From the NCBI RefSeq assembly GCF_009914755.1, contig NC_060937.1: a stretch of 64,000 nt of DNA; one strand, written 5' to 3'. Made by a program: the position numbers and the translations under genes. Numbering within the stretch: position 1 is the stretch's first letter; each line of letters starts with the position of its first letter. Below are positions 26,691 to 43,500 of the stretch, piece after piece. Source of the stretch: the human T2T-CHM13v2.0 reference genome, Homo sapiens. The notes below the pieces were generated by a model. The model saw only the letters and a list, made by a program, of their open reading frames with translations. It was not told the origin of the DNA and ran no database searches.

Positions 26691-28809
26691 CACAGATTTT
26701 CAAAGGATAGAAATTTCAAAAAGAAGGAAAAATAACCATAGAAAAAGAATCCTGCAAAATAATCATATTAATACACAAAGGCTAATGGTTGCTTCTGACA
26801 TCATAGGTATCTGACATAAATAAGTCTAATCCTGCCCAAATCTTATTTGTGTAAAATTAATTTAGTCTCAGCACGTTTTGCTTCATCAATAATCTGTTTT
26901 AGAAACAACATTCTCTCAAGCTGTAACTTCTCTCAGCGAACTAGCACCTTGGCAGTTTATGACTCATTCCCTCCGACAAGACAACTTAATACATATTTAG
27001 TCTACCACAATAGAGAATGATTTTTAGATCTATTGGAAACACGGATTTAATAACTAAAACTGCTCATATGGATATGATGTGTTGAGACAAACACTGACTT
27101 GGAAATTGTTCTTAATTTCTTCTTGTAGAGTCACTAAAATTTCTTTGATAAATCATGTTATTGCCACAAATTTTAGGTATACACCTCACTCAAGATTACA
27201 CCAGATAATCTCACAGAACTATAGCTTCTAAGAGTAGAAAGAGGTCCTTAGAGTCACACATCGATGGCCATATCTTATTTACTTTATTTACCTCTGATTC
27301 CCCATCACCAAGCACAACTGCCATGTAAGAAAGGATACTAGGCCCTTCTTCCTCTCTGTTCTCTGACTTTATAATTGAAATGAGATGAAAAATTTTATAT
27401 CCATGTGAAATCTTTGCAGAGAAACTCTGAATGTATTTAAAATAAATATTTCCTGTGGGGGACTAAGAGGGCTTAAGTAATAGATGATACTTTCTTTTCT
27501 GAGGAATCTAGATCCTCTTAATAGCAGAGCTTTTTGTTTTGCTGAACAAAAAGCAAGTGAAGATGCAAGTCTGGGGGTGGAGTGGAATTGCTGTGCATGA
27601 GTAGCAGGGGAAGAGCCTGCCTGGCTGATGACAAGTTGGGGAGATATGGGAGTAGGCTGGGTAGGAGGGATAGACAGAGTTGAGGGTAAGAGGAGTTCTA
27701 GTTAATTTACTGTGGGGTATGTAGCACAGAGTCCTAGGACTTCTTTCTCCCCTCTGGCTTCATTGGAAAACATGACTGTCCTCATTAATACTTAACACCA
27801 GGAGGTGGAAGAGGATTGAGCTCCCCATTCAGATAGGTCTAGAGGAAATCAGAGAACATAGCTGGGGATAATGCTAGGGGGTGACACAGAGCTAACTTTG
27901 GGCCTCTCTGTAGGTCCGTTGCCTTCCTTGTTGTATCTCTCCCATCTGTTTGTGAGTTTCTCAAAAGAAGAATTGAGATAAAAGAAGATAAAGCTTTTAA
28001 TCTCCTGTGCTGTGCTGATAAATTTTGTTAAATGTACAGTCTAATGGATACAAATACATTCATATAATAATAAGAAAAATATTGCTTATATTTTATTTCT
28101 TAAGAAAATAATATATATTTTAAAATGTAATCATGTTCATTATAACATATGATTTAATGTGCAATAATAATATATTCTCTTAGATCACAATGAAAAGTTA
28201 AAATTCTTACAGAGGAAAATAAACTTTACCTTTTTCTGTTTATGCATAGGCTACAAAAGAGGTAAACTGTTTCCTGTTTCTTAACTAATTCTAAATGTAG
28301 GTTAATTAATCCAAAGTAACAAAACAAGTCCCCAGCTTCACAACAGAAGCTAAGTATCTTAATTTATTCTTAAAGGGTGATTTTTAGACTGTGAGTTGGC
28401 TCTTAATGGGTAAAGTGCTTTATTTTAGATTTTCTAAATAATTTATTCTGGAATATGTGGGAACTTAAAAAATAACTTCTTTAAAAGCTCATGACCTGTT
28501 GTGATCCATTTTTAAAATAAACTTTTCAAAATATTACATAATGCTATTGCCTTAAATACTGCATCATTATAGTCTATAAACTTGAATTGCTGTTATTATA
28601 ACTATTTTGAGAATTAAATGAGACAATGAATTCTTTTAAAGCACTTAGAACATAATGGGCCCCCCAAAAATCATAGCTTTATTGTTGTCAGTATTAAAAT
28701 ATTTGACTTTAACACAAAATGTTATTATTTATTTGTATTTTAAATAATTGAATATAATCCAATATTCAATTATTTGACATTGCTCTCTGTTTCTATAGCT
28801 TAAACCAAG

Positions 28810-28970
28810 ATCCATTTTTGTAAATAAAGTTTTATTGGAAAACAACCATTCTGAGACACACTCACTTTTGTACAATTTCAGAGTTGAGTAGTTGAGACAG
28901 AGAGAGGGTGGTCTACAAAAGGCAAAATGTTTACTATCTGGGTCTGCAAGAAAGAGTTTGCCAAACCCTG
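28810..28970 (+). mobile_element. MER58-type hAT-Charlie fragment
   Basis: ttttgtaaataaagttttattggaa...gagttgagtagttg...tttactatctgg...gtttgccaaaccctg. Confidence 0.7.
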
Positions 28971-29185
28971 GCCTAAACTCAAGACATCTTTATAAACTTT
29001 ATAAAAATAGAATATATTATGAAAAAGTAAGTTTAATTAAAGTGACTTTTTCACATTCATTTGAAACAAATCACTTTGTCTCATGTATAAGTTTCTGATA
29101 CAAAGAGAAATGGCAATGTAATCTGAATAAAAACGAAACATACTTGGGGAAAGTCAAACACACAAAATCAAAAACAGAGTGGAAC

Positions 29186-29515
29186 GGCCAGGAGTGATGG
29201 CTCACGCCTGTAATTCCAGCACTCTGGGAGGTCAAGATGGATGGATCGCTCGAGCCCAGGAGTTTGAGACCAGCCTGGCTAACATGGCGAAACCCCATCT
29301 CTACTAGAAATACAAAAATTAGCTGGGTGTGCCTGTTATCCCAGCTTCTTGGGATGCTAAGGCAAGAGAACCACTGGAACTTGGGAGGCAGAGGTTGCAG
29401 GGAGCCGAGATGGTGCCACTGCACTCTAGCCTGAGCAACAGAGTGGGACTGTCTCAAAAAAAAAAAAAAAAAAAAAAAAGGAGACAAAAACAACAACAAA
29501 AAAACCCCAAAACCT
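29186..29515 (+). mobile_element. Old Alu (AluJ/early S) with extended A-rich tail
   Basis: gatcgctcgagcccaggagtttgag. TSD agagtggaac at 29176-29185 and 29516-29525. Confidence 0.92.
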
Positions 29516-29696
29516 AGAGTGGAACAAATTCAGAATGCTTAAGTAGTTCAAGAGTACACTGATGGGGTCTATCTGGTTGTTTAAGTCAACAAAATCACCA
29601 CTACCTAGTTTATTTATTTATTTATTTTTCCAGGATTTCAAGTTAGTTTTTAGCTGGTTAACTGATTTGCCGCTTTGTTAAGAATGAATGACATGT

Positions 29697-30028
<332 letters not shown>

Positions 30029-30759
30029 TCATGTAATGTACCAATGTGATGAACTTGGGAATAAGTGTACCCCTGTGAAACCATTACCATCAATGCCATT
30101 GACATATCCACCACCTCTCAAAGTTTCCTCCCACACCCTTTCTTATTATTATTGTCAGGGGACAACAATTATTGGACACATAATATATACTGAATTCCAC
30201 CATCCAATCCTGTCTGTCTGTTGTTGAGGTTGTTTTTATTTTTAATATTATATAAAAAAGAAAAAAGACAAGGATTTACCAACTACCCCTGGACTCTACA
30301 ATACACTTAAATAGTAACCAGTCAACTCTACAACATTCAATTATTTGACATTTTGTTGGAATTTCTTAAGGTATGAGGATAAATCATCTACCATACATAA
30401 ACACATTAGGAAAGGATCAATTCTGTACATGAAAAAGTTAGGTAAAATTTACTAAAGAATTCCCTTCCCTGCTGTTGCCAGTGTGGAGGGCCTATTCACT
30501 TATGCTCCAGGACTGATTTAGTGTGACCACCTGCCCACCCTGTGCTAGATCACAAAAGCAATGTTACTGTAATCTCTAATGTCAAGATTCCCTCAGGAGC
30601 AGATGCAGATTCCTCCTCCCAGAGAGATAAGCATAACTGTAATCTCTTGTGGTCATTTCTGCTTTTGTTTCCTGGCATTTTTGCCAGCAAATCTTTACCT
30701 ACTGATGCTATTACTCTTGTATCATTCTTCTGTCTCATCGATCTTCCCACTTCTCCCTC

Positions 30760-32151
<1,392 letters not shown>

Positions 32152-33455
32152 TTCTCTCTGCTTTTATTGACAATCCATTCATCGTGTGCTGGATTTTCAG
32201 CAAAATTATACCTATTTTTCAGAGGCTGGGCTGGATATAATTTCTTCATCAGCCCCTGTCATTAGTTCTCCATAGCACAAAACTCTTATTGTTTATTGTT
32301 TTTTTTTTTTTTTTTTTTGCTAGATTGTAAGCTCCATATACCAGGTGGCCATTGGGCAAATGTTGCATCACAGAGACTGTAGCCCAGTAAAAGTTTTGTA
32401 TTAACGGTATTTTGTTTCAGGAGACATACTTCCATGAAGAGGAGAATTCAGAAGCGACTACTTAAAAGTTTCTTGATATCCACGTAGATGTCTATGCTCG
32501 TTAGGTACATGCAATCAATTCTTTTTCAGAAAAGCTTGTGCGTGGGTAGACTAAATTTTTATTAACCAAATCAATTTTTAAATGTACTGAGAGAATTCTA
32601 GGAATGTAATAACACTTAATTATATGGCAAATTGATTTTTTTTATGTGAAAAATGCTTTGGTAAAAATAATAAAATTGTGACTTTTTTCTGTCTTTTCAG
32701 TTTACTTTTTCATAGGTTGGATTTATTGAAGCGTTGTACAACTGTGTATGTATACCTCACCCACACAATGAATGGGTTTCTACGTTGTCAATCAATTTTT
32801 TTGTAAATATGTAACCATTGAATTCTGAGATATATTTTAGGTAAGTTTTTACATTAAAAAAACAAAGATCTTGGAAAATTATTAAAATGCTTTAATATAA
32901 ATGCAAAATGCTTATTGAAAGAAATAAAAATTAAAATATTTTAAGAATCAGGTATTAACAAAATTACCTTATCAATAGGAAGTACTATTCCAAAACTGTA
33001 ATATGATATGTAGAGTGCTAGGGAGATGCTTATTTAATCATGAAACCTACCTTTAATTGGTGTCTTTAATGTAGGTTGTAACACCCGTTTCTAGAGGAGT
33101 AATTTATCATTACCATCTCTCTATATGTCCTTCCAGCCCTCTTCTACGTATTGCTGAGCTGACCAGCTTATTTATGATCTTCTGAATCTGTGCCTGCTTG
33201 TACTTAGTAGGAAACAAACTAATGTACGCTGAGAAAGGGAGAGATAATAAGAGGTGGATAGGAAAACAGCAAGATTCTAGAGTAAGACCCAGGGGAAAAG
33301 GGTTACCCTGGCAACGTGACATACTGTGAGGAAGATGACTCAGGCCCGCGGTGACAGGAAATGAATCAGGCCACACTGTGACCAGAGGAACCACTTAAGA
33401 AGCAGACAATGATTCAGCTTTGGTGAAAGTCAAGTAATGAACAGGCTACACTTCA

Positions 33456-33851
<396 letters not shown>

Positions 33852-34413
33852 CTAAACAGTGACTAGGAAGATGGTTTCAGAGACTTTTGACTAAAAATGG
33901 AAAACATATATCATTTGTGTATGGCTTGCATCTTAATTTTTAATTGGTTGGTTGGGTAGTATTTATCCTTAATTCTGACTGTATGGATAAATGGCTTTTA
34001 AAAAGCTAGTAACACAAAACAAGTATTTCTTTATTCTGTGTTTAGGGAGAATACTGCAGATGAAAATATTTTAGAGATGATTATTATACAACTGGAAAAG
34101 TAAGAGAAACCTGAGATTTATTTTTTACTTATTACTTCCATAAATATTTGTTGAAAATTTTACTACAACTTCTAGTAAGTGACATGTACATCATACTTGC
34201 TCTCTACCTGGAGTTTTTCTAGGTGCTTTACATAAATTAACTCATAACAGCCCTAGGAACCTATTCTAATAAGGAAACTGAGGCTCAAAGAGGTTAAGTA
34301 ACTTTCCCACTGTCAAACAGGGATTGAAGATGGACTCAATACTGGAACCCAAGTCTGGTCCAAGTCTACTGCCTACATTAAGATAAAGATAATTAAACAT
34401 TAAAAAATAATGA

Positions 34414-34724
<311 letters not shown>

Positions 34725-34796
34725 ATAATGAGTATTATTATAAAGGTTATCATGTATTAAACGGTTACTATGTTCCAGGCCATATTATTCACATTA

Positions 34797-34823
34797 AAAA
34801 TATTTGTGGGTACATAGTAAGTG

Positions 34824-34855
<32 letters not shown>

Positions 34856-37310
34856 TAAATATATATATATATACACATATATATATTTATGGAGTACACA
34901 AGATGTTTTGATACAGGCATGCAATGGGGAATAAGCATATCATGGAGAATGGGGTATCCTTTGAGTTACAAATGATTATGTTACACTCTTTAAGTTATTT
35001 TAAAATGTACAGTTATTATTATTGACTGCAGTCACTGTATTATGCTAGCAAATAGTAGGTCTTATCTATTCTTTCTATTTTTTTTTGTTCCCATTAACCA
35101 TCCCTGCCTCCCCCCGTCCCCCCAGTACCCATCTCAGCCTCTGGCAACCAATCTCTACTCTCTATGTCCATGAGTTTGATTATCTTGATTTTGTGATCCC
35201 ACAAATAAGTGAGAACATGTGATGTTTGTCTTTCTGTGCCTGGCTTATTTCGCTTAACATAATGATCTCCAGTTCCATCCATGTTGTTACAAATGACTGG
35301 ATCTTGTTCTTTACTATGGTTGAATAGTGCTCCATTACGCATATGTACTGTATTTTCTTTATCTATTCGTCTGTTGATGGACACTTAGGTTGCTTCCAAA
35401 TCTTATTGCAAACAGTGCTGCAGCAAACATGGGAGTGAAGATTTCTCTTAGATATACTTATTTCCTTTCTTTTGGGTATATGCCCAGCAGTGGGATTGCT
35501 AAATTACAGCAGCTCAAGTTTTAGTTTTTTGAGGAATGTTCAAACTGTTCTCCATAGTGATTGTACTAATTTACCTTCCCACCAACAGTGTAGAAGGGTT
35601 CCCTTTTCTTCGCATCCTCACCAGCATTTATTATTGCCTGACTTTTGAATATAAACCATTTTAACTGGGGTGATATGATGTCTCATTGTAGTTTTCATTT
35701 GCATTTCTCTGATGATCAATGATGTTGAACACCTTTTCATATGCCTGTTTGTGTCATTTGTATGTCTTCTTTTGAGAAATGTCTATTCAAATCTTTTGCC
35801 CATTTTTTGATCAGATTATTAGATTTTTCCTATAGAGTTGTTTCAGGTCCTTATATATTCTGGTTATTAATCCTTTGTCAGAGGGGTAGTTTGCAAATAT
35901 TTTCTCTAATTCTGTGTGTTGTCTCTTCACTTTGTTAATTGTATCTTTTGCTGTGCAGAAGCTTTGTAACTTGATGTAATCCCATTTGTCCATTTTTGCT
36001 TTGGTTGCCGGTGCTTATGGGGGTATTGCTCATAAAATCTTTGCCCAGTCCAATGTCCTGGAGATTTTCCCCAGTGTTTTCTTGTAGTAATTTCATAGTT
36101 TGAGGTCATAGCTTTAAGTCTTTAATCCATTTTGATGTGATTTTTGTACCTTACAGAGATAGGGGTTAGTTTCATTCTTCTGCATATGGATGTCCAGGAC
36201 CATTTATTGAAGGAACTCTCTTTTCCCCAGTGTATGTTCTTGGCACCTTTGTTAAAAATGAGTTCACCGTAGGTGTGTGGATTTCCTTCTGGGTTCTCTA
36301 TTCTGTTTCGTTGGTCTATGTGTCTGTTTTTATGGCAGTACCATGGCGTTTTGATTACTGTAGCTTTGAATTATAAATTGAAGTCAGGTAATGTGATTCC
36401 CCCAGCTTTGTTCAATTTGTTTAGGATAGATTTGGCTCTTCTGTGGTTTCATATAATTTTAGAATTTTTTTCTATTTCTGTGAAGAATATCATTGGTATT
36501 TTGATAAGGATTCAATTGCATCTGTAGACTGCTTTGGGTAGTATGAACATTTTAACAATATTGATTCTTCCAATCCATGAATATGGAATATTTTTCCATT
36601 TTTGGTGTCCTCTTCGATTTCTTTCATCACTGTTTGATAGTGTTCATTATGGAGATCCTTCAATTTTTTGGTTAATTGCAAGGAATTTTATTTTATTTGT
36701 AGCTACCGTAAATGGGATTACTTTCTTGATTTCTTTTTCACACTGTTTGCTGTTGGCTTATAGAAATGCTACTAATTTTTGTATGTTGATTTTGTATCCT
36801 GCAACATTACTAGGTTTGTTCATCAGTTCTTATAGTTTCCTTGTGGAGTCTTTAGGTTTTTCCAAATATAAGATCATGTCATCTGCAAACAAGGATAATT
36901 TGACTTCTTCCGTTCCAATTTGGATGCCCTTTAATCTTTCTCTTGTCCTATTTTTCTAGCTGGGACTTCCAGTACTATGTTGAATAACAGAGGTGATAGT
37001 GGGCATCCTTGTCATGTTGCAGGTATTAGAGGAAAGGCTTTTCAGATTTTCCCCATTCAGTATGATACTAGCTGTGGGTCTGTCATATATAGCTTTTATT
37101 ATGTTGATGTATGTTCCTTCTATCCCCAGTTTTGCTGAGGGGTTTTACCATGAAGAGATGTTGAATTTTGCCAAATGCTTTTTTAGCATGAATTGAAATG
37201 ATCATATAGCTTTTATCCTTCATTCTGTTGATAGGATGTATCACATTCATTTATTTGCATATGTTGAATCATCCTTGTATCCCAGGGATAAATCCGACTT
37301 GGTCATAATC
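34797..37310 (-). mobile_element. 5'-truncated L1MA element (~2.5 kb) inserted into a MIR, sense with respect to NALCN
   Basis: Continuous L1 ORF2 / 3' UTR antisense sequence with an internal (TA)n(CA)n near 34822-34890. TSD cacatta at 34790-34796 and 37311-37317. MIR-like sequence resumes on both sides. Confidence 0.88.
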
Positions 37311-37710
37311 CACATTATTCAAATGTTATTTGTTTTATCTACTTTAATATCCACCATAGCTCTATATGGTGAGATATATTACTCACATTTCACACAGTTC
37401 AGAGAGACTAAGTCATTTTACCCTAGTCTATTTAAAGTCCATTCTGGGGCCCGCTGCCCACTGTGGGGTAGAGAATACTTAAATGGAGAGAGTGGAGGCT
37501 GAAGGCCCTGGGCAGCAGAAAGAGGAGAGAGAAGCAGACCTATGGAAAGGAACTGAGCACAAACAACACACCACTGAGCCACATCTGCCCAGGGACTAGC
37601 GCCACCACACATCCTCTTTCTGAGGTTTCATTTCTTCTGGGTATTTATTAACACATGCCCTTACTGTCTGGTCTGACCTGAGAATCCTTTAGTCCTTGCA
37701 GCTCAAAGAG

Positions 37711-38648
37711 CTATTTTCCTTAGCTGTGGATTTATGTCTTAAGCAAACTGTTATTACTAAAATGGGGTAAGAGAACAAGAACTGCCTCTTCTGAGCACTG
37801 CCAATGTCTCCATGACTCTATGTATGTGTTTCATGGGGTCTTCCTTATCCTACATCAGGTGCTCTGGGCCAAACTGCCTGGAGCCGTAACTCCACCACTT
37901 ACTGGCACTGTGGCCCCAGGGGAGTTACTTAAACCTCTGTTTTCTCATTGATGAAGTGGAGAAAATAGTACCTACTCCAAAGACTTGTTATTAATTTTAA
38001 ATGAGTCAATATATGTAAAGGGCTTAGAACAGTGATTACACTTACAAATATTCTACAAAGGTTTACAGAAAAAAGGAATGCAATTTTGTGAATCAAGCAT
38101 TTTTCTGTTCGGGAATGAGAAATTAATTACCCGAGGTTGAAGAATTAATTATGTTGCATATCAGACTCAGCCCATAGTCTAGTGAGGTAAGTAACATTGA
38201 TAAGGATCTAATAATTTGAGACATGCCAGTGACATCGGGAAAGTAGACTTTTATTAAGGCTTCCTGTCACCGTGGCTATTGATGCATATCCGTTTCCCTT
38301 TGACTTTATTTTACAGGTAATACAAAAATCAAATTCCAGAGCTGCCAATCAACATGTTTATATGCACATCAATTTACTTGCAGAAATGACTGACCTTCAT
38401 AACACAGATAGGCAAATCATCTGGCACATTTCTATGCTCATTAAAATTTTTATTGTTATTTAGTCTTTCTTGCATTGTGAGAGTTAAATTCCATTACTAT
38501 TATTCCTTTTCTATACTCCTTTCAGCATAATGTTCTATTAGAAATATTTCTGCTGATTTCCATTTCATCTGCATGGCAGAAAAGCCACAACTTTCTTTTT
38601 CTATTTTCCTTAGCTGTGGATTTATGTCTTAAGTAAACTGTTATTACT
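37711..38648. repeat. 48-bp spaced direct repeat (37711-37758 and 38601-38648), 47/48 identical
   Basis: ctattttccttagctgtggatttatgtcttaag(c/t)aaactgttattact read at both positions. Confidence 0.95.
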
Positions 38649-39573
38649 GAAAGATCCAAACAAAGCTTTTAGCCATGGCTGTCAGGAAACTTTTAAATTG
38701 GTTTTGTAACTGTCACAGCTTCACTTTGGTGCTGTCATTATAATTAGGTTGTTTTTTGTCTGAATGTCTACATGTCCCTGTTGGTTCAGAGTTATTAAAA
38801 TAATCACTTACAATGGATTTTGATACACTATAATCACCATTGCTTAGCTGACTTTCTCCAAAGCAGTAACTTTCAAATATTAAATAAGAATTAAGGTGAT
38901 AAATATGTGCAGTACCTACATTTAAATATTAAAATCAGTAACTCCAGCTTTAAAGTTAGAGCTAGTGGCATGGCCCACTTCAACTCAATTCACTTCAGCC
39001 AGTGCTTGAAACTGGCTATCAGTTTCTTTAATGTAAAAAGGCTGATGACATTACATTTAGATTCATCCTTGTATCTACAGGAAAGTCCAAATTTATACTT
39101 TTCAATTTTTTATTTTCTAATAAAAATTAATATAAAGGAAAATGTTAAAGCTGAGTCAGTACCACAAAATATTATATGACTTGAGGTCTTCACAATTGCA
39201 TTATTTAATATGGATGCATGATCTATCCCTCTACCTATCTATGTAGACAGATGAACACATACATCTCTAGTATATGTGTATGTGAGTACATACATATGTG
39301 GATTCACATATGTGTGTGCATATTCTTTTTTATTTATATATTTTAATATAAGGTCCTTCAGACTCCACATACACATTTGATTTTTTAAAGTTTCCTTTAA
39401 TTGCAATGTCATTTTGGTTTACATTTTTTAAAAGCAGAGGAGTTTTGGATATGTTTTTAGTTTGGCTTTGATCCAAAAATTACTTATCTGTGTATATGAC
39501 AGCTGGAATTTTCAAAATACAAAGAGTCTATACTAGATTAATCCCCAAGGCAGCATTATCTGTCAGGAATGAG

Positions 39574-39734
39574 CATTGTTACTCAAAGTGTGGTCCCTGG
39601 ACCAGCAGCAACCTGGAAGCAATTATTAAGAATGCAGGATCTCAGGCCCCATCCCAGGCCTACTGAATCAGAATCTGTATCTTTAACACGGTTCCCAGGT
39701 GATTCGTGAGCATGTTGAATTTTGAGAAGCACTG
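39574..39734. mobile_element. MER5A hAT-Charlie MITE
   Basis: ctcaaagtgtggtccctggaccagcagc...cctactgaatcagaatctg...tttgagaagcactg. Confidence 0.85.
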
Positions 39735-39865
39735 TTGTAGGGGATACTCCTTAATAGCAGGCTGCACTGGGTGACCTATAAGATTATTTGCAACTTCACA
39801 GTTTCATGATTCTAAAAGTCTATAATGACTAGAATGGAATACCACAGGTGCTGGCTGGAATGTAA

Positions 39866-40258
39866 TATGTTGGACTACACTAACATAAAAATGGCTGCCA
39901 ACCTTGTCCCCATACCCCAACTCCATGGTCAAAAATCAACTAAATCTGTTTGGCTTCATAAAAACAAAAGCATGTGTTAGTTTTGCAACCATTTGGAGGC
40001 ATTATAAAGACATCATTACAGACTCTCATAAAGTTAAGAAATGCAAATGCAGGTGGCCTCCAGGATGTGAAAAAAGCAAGGAAGCCATTTCTTCTCCAGA
40101 GTCTCCCAAAGCAATGCAGCCTTGTTGATACCTTGTGTTTAGCCTAAGGAAGTCCATTTTGGACTTCTAACTGCAGAGTTCTAAGAGAATACATGTGTGT
40201 GGTTTTAAGTCACTGAATTTGTGGTTATTTGTTACAGCAGCAACAGGAAACTAACACA
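39866..40258 (+). mobile_element. MLT1-type MaLR LTR fragment
   Basis: ttctccagagtctcc...tggacttctaactgcagag...gtggttatttgttacagcagcaacaggaaactaacaca. 5' boundary approximate. Confidence 0.7.
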
Positions 40259-40689
40259 GCATTGTCAACGATTTTGACAGACACCAGCTCAAACTGTCTT
40301 GTATACCAGCTCAAATCACCTTCTATGAAACGTGATTGTATAAAAGTGCCCAGGGCTACAAAATGGTACCTGACCATAGGGTTCCACACAAGGTGACTTG
40401 CCAACGTGGGGTCTCTGTAACTTTGACAACTACAGATATAAAACTCATAACAGCAACCAACGCTTTCATCTTGCTTTGTGTCCAAAAGTGTAATGAGACA
40501 ATGAGTCTGGAACAATGGGACTGAGTCCAACCTCAAGCAGAACAACAAGAAAGGTCACTTTTTCCCGCATTGATTCTGAGTCCTGCCATGAAAGCAAACC
40601 TCCCAGGAGACTGTGGAAGTCTAAGCCAAACACGGGGAGGGCTTCTCACGCAATTAAAATGGACACCAACAGGATGGATTATTGAAATA

Positions 40690-41300
40690 AGAGCTACTGT
40701 TTTCTGGAGTGCTTGGTTTGTGCCAAGATTCATTCCAAAGATGTTGCTTGCTCATGTAATAACATCTTTAATCCTCAACAACTCTGTGAGGTAGATACTT
40801 TTGCATCCCCTTTTACATATGGAGAAACAGGCTCAGAAAGTCTAAGTAGATTTCTAGGCCCACAGAGATAGAAACATCTTAGACATTGTGAGCCCAAACC
40901 AGGTAGTCTCTTGCCTTGTATCAGACAGTCAAAATTCATCAGTCAACATTGCTCTATATATTAAAAAAGAGTGACAGCAGCTTCCTCACCAAGTATTTGT
41001 GGTTGGATAGAAGGTATAAGTACATGAACCCTAAATCTGAAAGCTGAAGACAATCTGTTCTTCACAGAAAGATTTAAGATTGCCATGGTTTAATGGAATA
41101 TCAATTTTGAAGACAGGATGAACTGAGTTTAAATCTTGTCTCTGTGCCGGATTTCACCTTTCTGTGACTCAGTTTTCTCACAGAGGAAATGAGTATGATG
41201 ACATCTACATCTTTTGGCTGTAAAACGAAAATAAATGAGACTTCAGTGTAGAGTCTAGCCTGCAGTGGACACCGTGTGCTCTGTAACTCTCATTATTTCA
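40690..41300. mobile_element. Two MIR fragments in opposite orientation
   Basis: tttaatcctcacaacaactctgtgaggtag...gaaacaggctcagaaa (40770-40900) and ctcagttttctcacagaggaaatgagtatg (41100-41300). Confidence 0.6.
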
Positions 41301-42509
41301 GTCTTGGAAAGCACTCTAAGGATTTGAAAGTAGAGATGCAGTCAGTTGCTTACAGGGAAGGCCTGAAGGTGTAACATAAGAAATCAGGTAACATAAGAAG
41401 AGATTAGTAATCTTGAAATGGACCGTGAACATTTATAAACTTTCAAAATGATCTAAAGCTATCTTATCTTTTTTTGTGGTATAAATGCTTAAGTACTTCA
41501 TAAAAGCTCTTTCTATTAAATTTCTCCAATAATTTTTCCTATGAAACAGTAACTTAAAGATTCTGAAGACTGTAGGCAAAGAGACAAAATAGTGGTCTCA
41601 GAGGTTGCAATAAATATAAATTAGGATAATGAATAGTACAGCTCAGAAATGAAATCTGTCTTTAAATTGCTGCTTGAGTGAGTAAAACAACTCAACTTAG
41701 TAAAACAAAGTCTCCTCCACTGAATACTGCATCAGCCATGTACTAAAACTTGTGTTTTAATTGGATTTTGAAATAAACTTATTTGGAGAACAATGCAATT
41801 ACATGATGAAATTCTCAGAAACCATCTTGCATATGAGCCATGAACATAAGAACAAGGACACAATGTAAAAGACCAAATGCATAAAACCTAAAATAAATCT
41901 CCCATTTGCAAGTGGGACATCTTTTGCTTCCCTTATTTAGAAGACATCTGGATATTCATTACTTCTACTATCAATGTACACAATTATTCTGTCCAATACA
42001 AAGAATTTATATGAAAAAGGTAACACTTATATCAACACTGAAAACATAACCAGTGGATATCCTTAGAGACTGCCTTTCCCATCTGTCTGTTCCTGATGCG
42101 TCCTTAGAGAGTCAGGACAGAAGGGAATCCACATGTCCATCTCCACAAAGGTACCAAGAGCCTATGATTTCAGTGGACACCCTGCCAGCTGCCACGCCCT
42201 ATCAGTGGCTGGCTCTCTTTATTGGAATGGAGAGCCGAGTAAGGGAATCCTGGACAGACCCTTTATCTCTAGGCCATGTGAGTATAGCTTTCACTCTACT
42301 CTGTAAGAGTAAGGTTAGATGTGAAATCACAAATCAACAAACACATGTGGATGTTATTTTTTTCAATCACCAGCTCCTCTTGACTTTACAACACAAACTA
42401 GATTTTAACAAGAAGGAAAAAGCACCAGTAATGGCTGGTGTGAAAGAAATCACCTCTAAGCAGGATTGATTATGATGCCAAGCCAGTGATTTTCAAATTC
42501 CTCTTAGCC

Positions 42510-42992
42510 TGTGTGAAAAAACCCAGTGGCCTCCAATTGAATTCACCTCCCTGTATCCACACATCCTTGGCAGTATCCTCCACACCAACTCCAGACTCAG
42601 CCATGTGACTTATTTTGGTCAGTGAGATGGTAGCAAAGGTGAAGTAAGCAGAGACTTGGAAAATACTTGTGTATTAGAAATTACTCTTGCTGCTCTTGGA
42701 ACCCCGAGTGACCACATCAACCCTGCAGCCTAGCCTGTTGCATGGTGGCCAGGTGGCCATGGGCCCTGCCATTCTCTTCATTCCAATTAATGGCGAGCCA
42801 CACCCAAAATCAGAGATGCCAGCTGACGAGTGGCTGACCGCAGAGGCAGGGGTGAGCTCAGCTGTAGTCAGCTGAGATTGGCTCAGACTAGCAGGGCTGT
42901 TCAACTGATCCGCAAATTCATGAGCAAGAGTTAGTGTCTGTCCAGGCCATTAAGTTTTAGGATGCCTTGTGGTTTAGCAAAAGCTATTATAC
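42510..42992 (+). mobile_element. MLT1 (G/H-type) MaLR LTR
   Basis: gccatgtgacttattttggtcagtgagatg...aagcagagacttg...gccattaagttttaggatgccttgt. Confidence 0.7.
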
Positions 42993-43330
42993 CTACCAAG
43001 CTGGTTTCCTCTTCCTGGCATATAGCTCATCTACATCACTCAGCTTACTATTACTGAAGTGGAGCAATGTGATTGGTTCTCACAACCAGAACAGAAATGG
43101 AAGTGATGCATCACTTTGGATGTGTCACTTTGAGAAAGGGTGTGCCTTCTCGAAAGTCTCCCTCTCTCTTTCCCTCTACAGTGATGTTGGAAACTAGGTA
43201 CTTTGGATGGAGGCATCAAAAATTCCACTTTCTGCAAACAAAATTTTGCAACGTGTTTACATAGACATGTATGACATGTATGTATGTATATGCCATCTCT
43301 GACTGCAGTGGGAGTGCAGCTTGCCCCAGC

Positions 43331-43500
43331 TGTGGTGTGCTGGAGCTGCAATCACATCTCTCTCCACCTTCATGTTTACTGATGTCATGTTGGTGACTTG
43401 AAATTGGCCATGGTGGGAGCATTTACATTATGGAAAGCAGAAAATGCTAACAGTCAGGACTCCTGGACTTCAACTTGATTGTTCACCACCCAGCTCCCCC
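43331..43500 (+). mobile_element. MER63-type hAT-Blackjack MITE fragment
   Basis: tgtggtgtgctggagc...ttgaaattggccatggtgggagcatttaca matches the recalled consensus. Confidence 0.55.
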
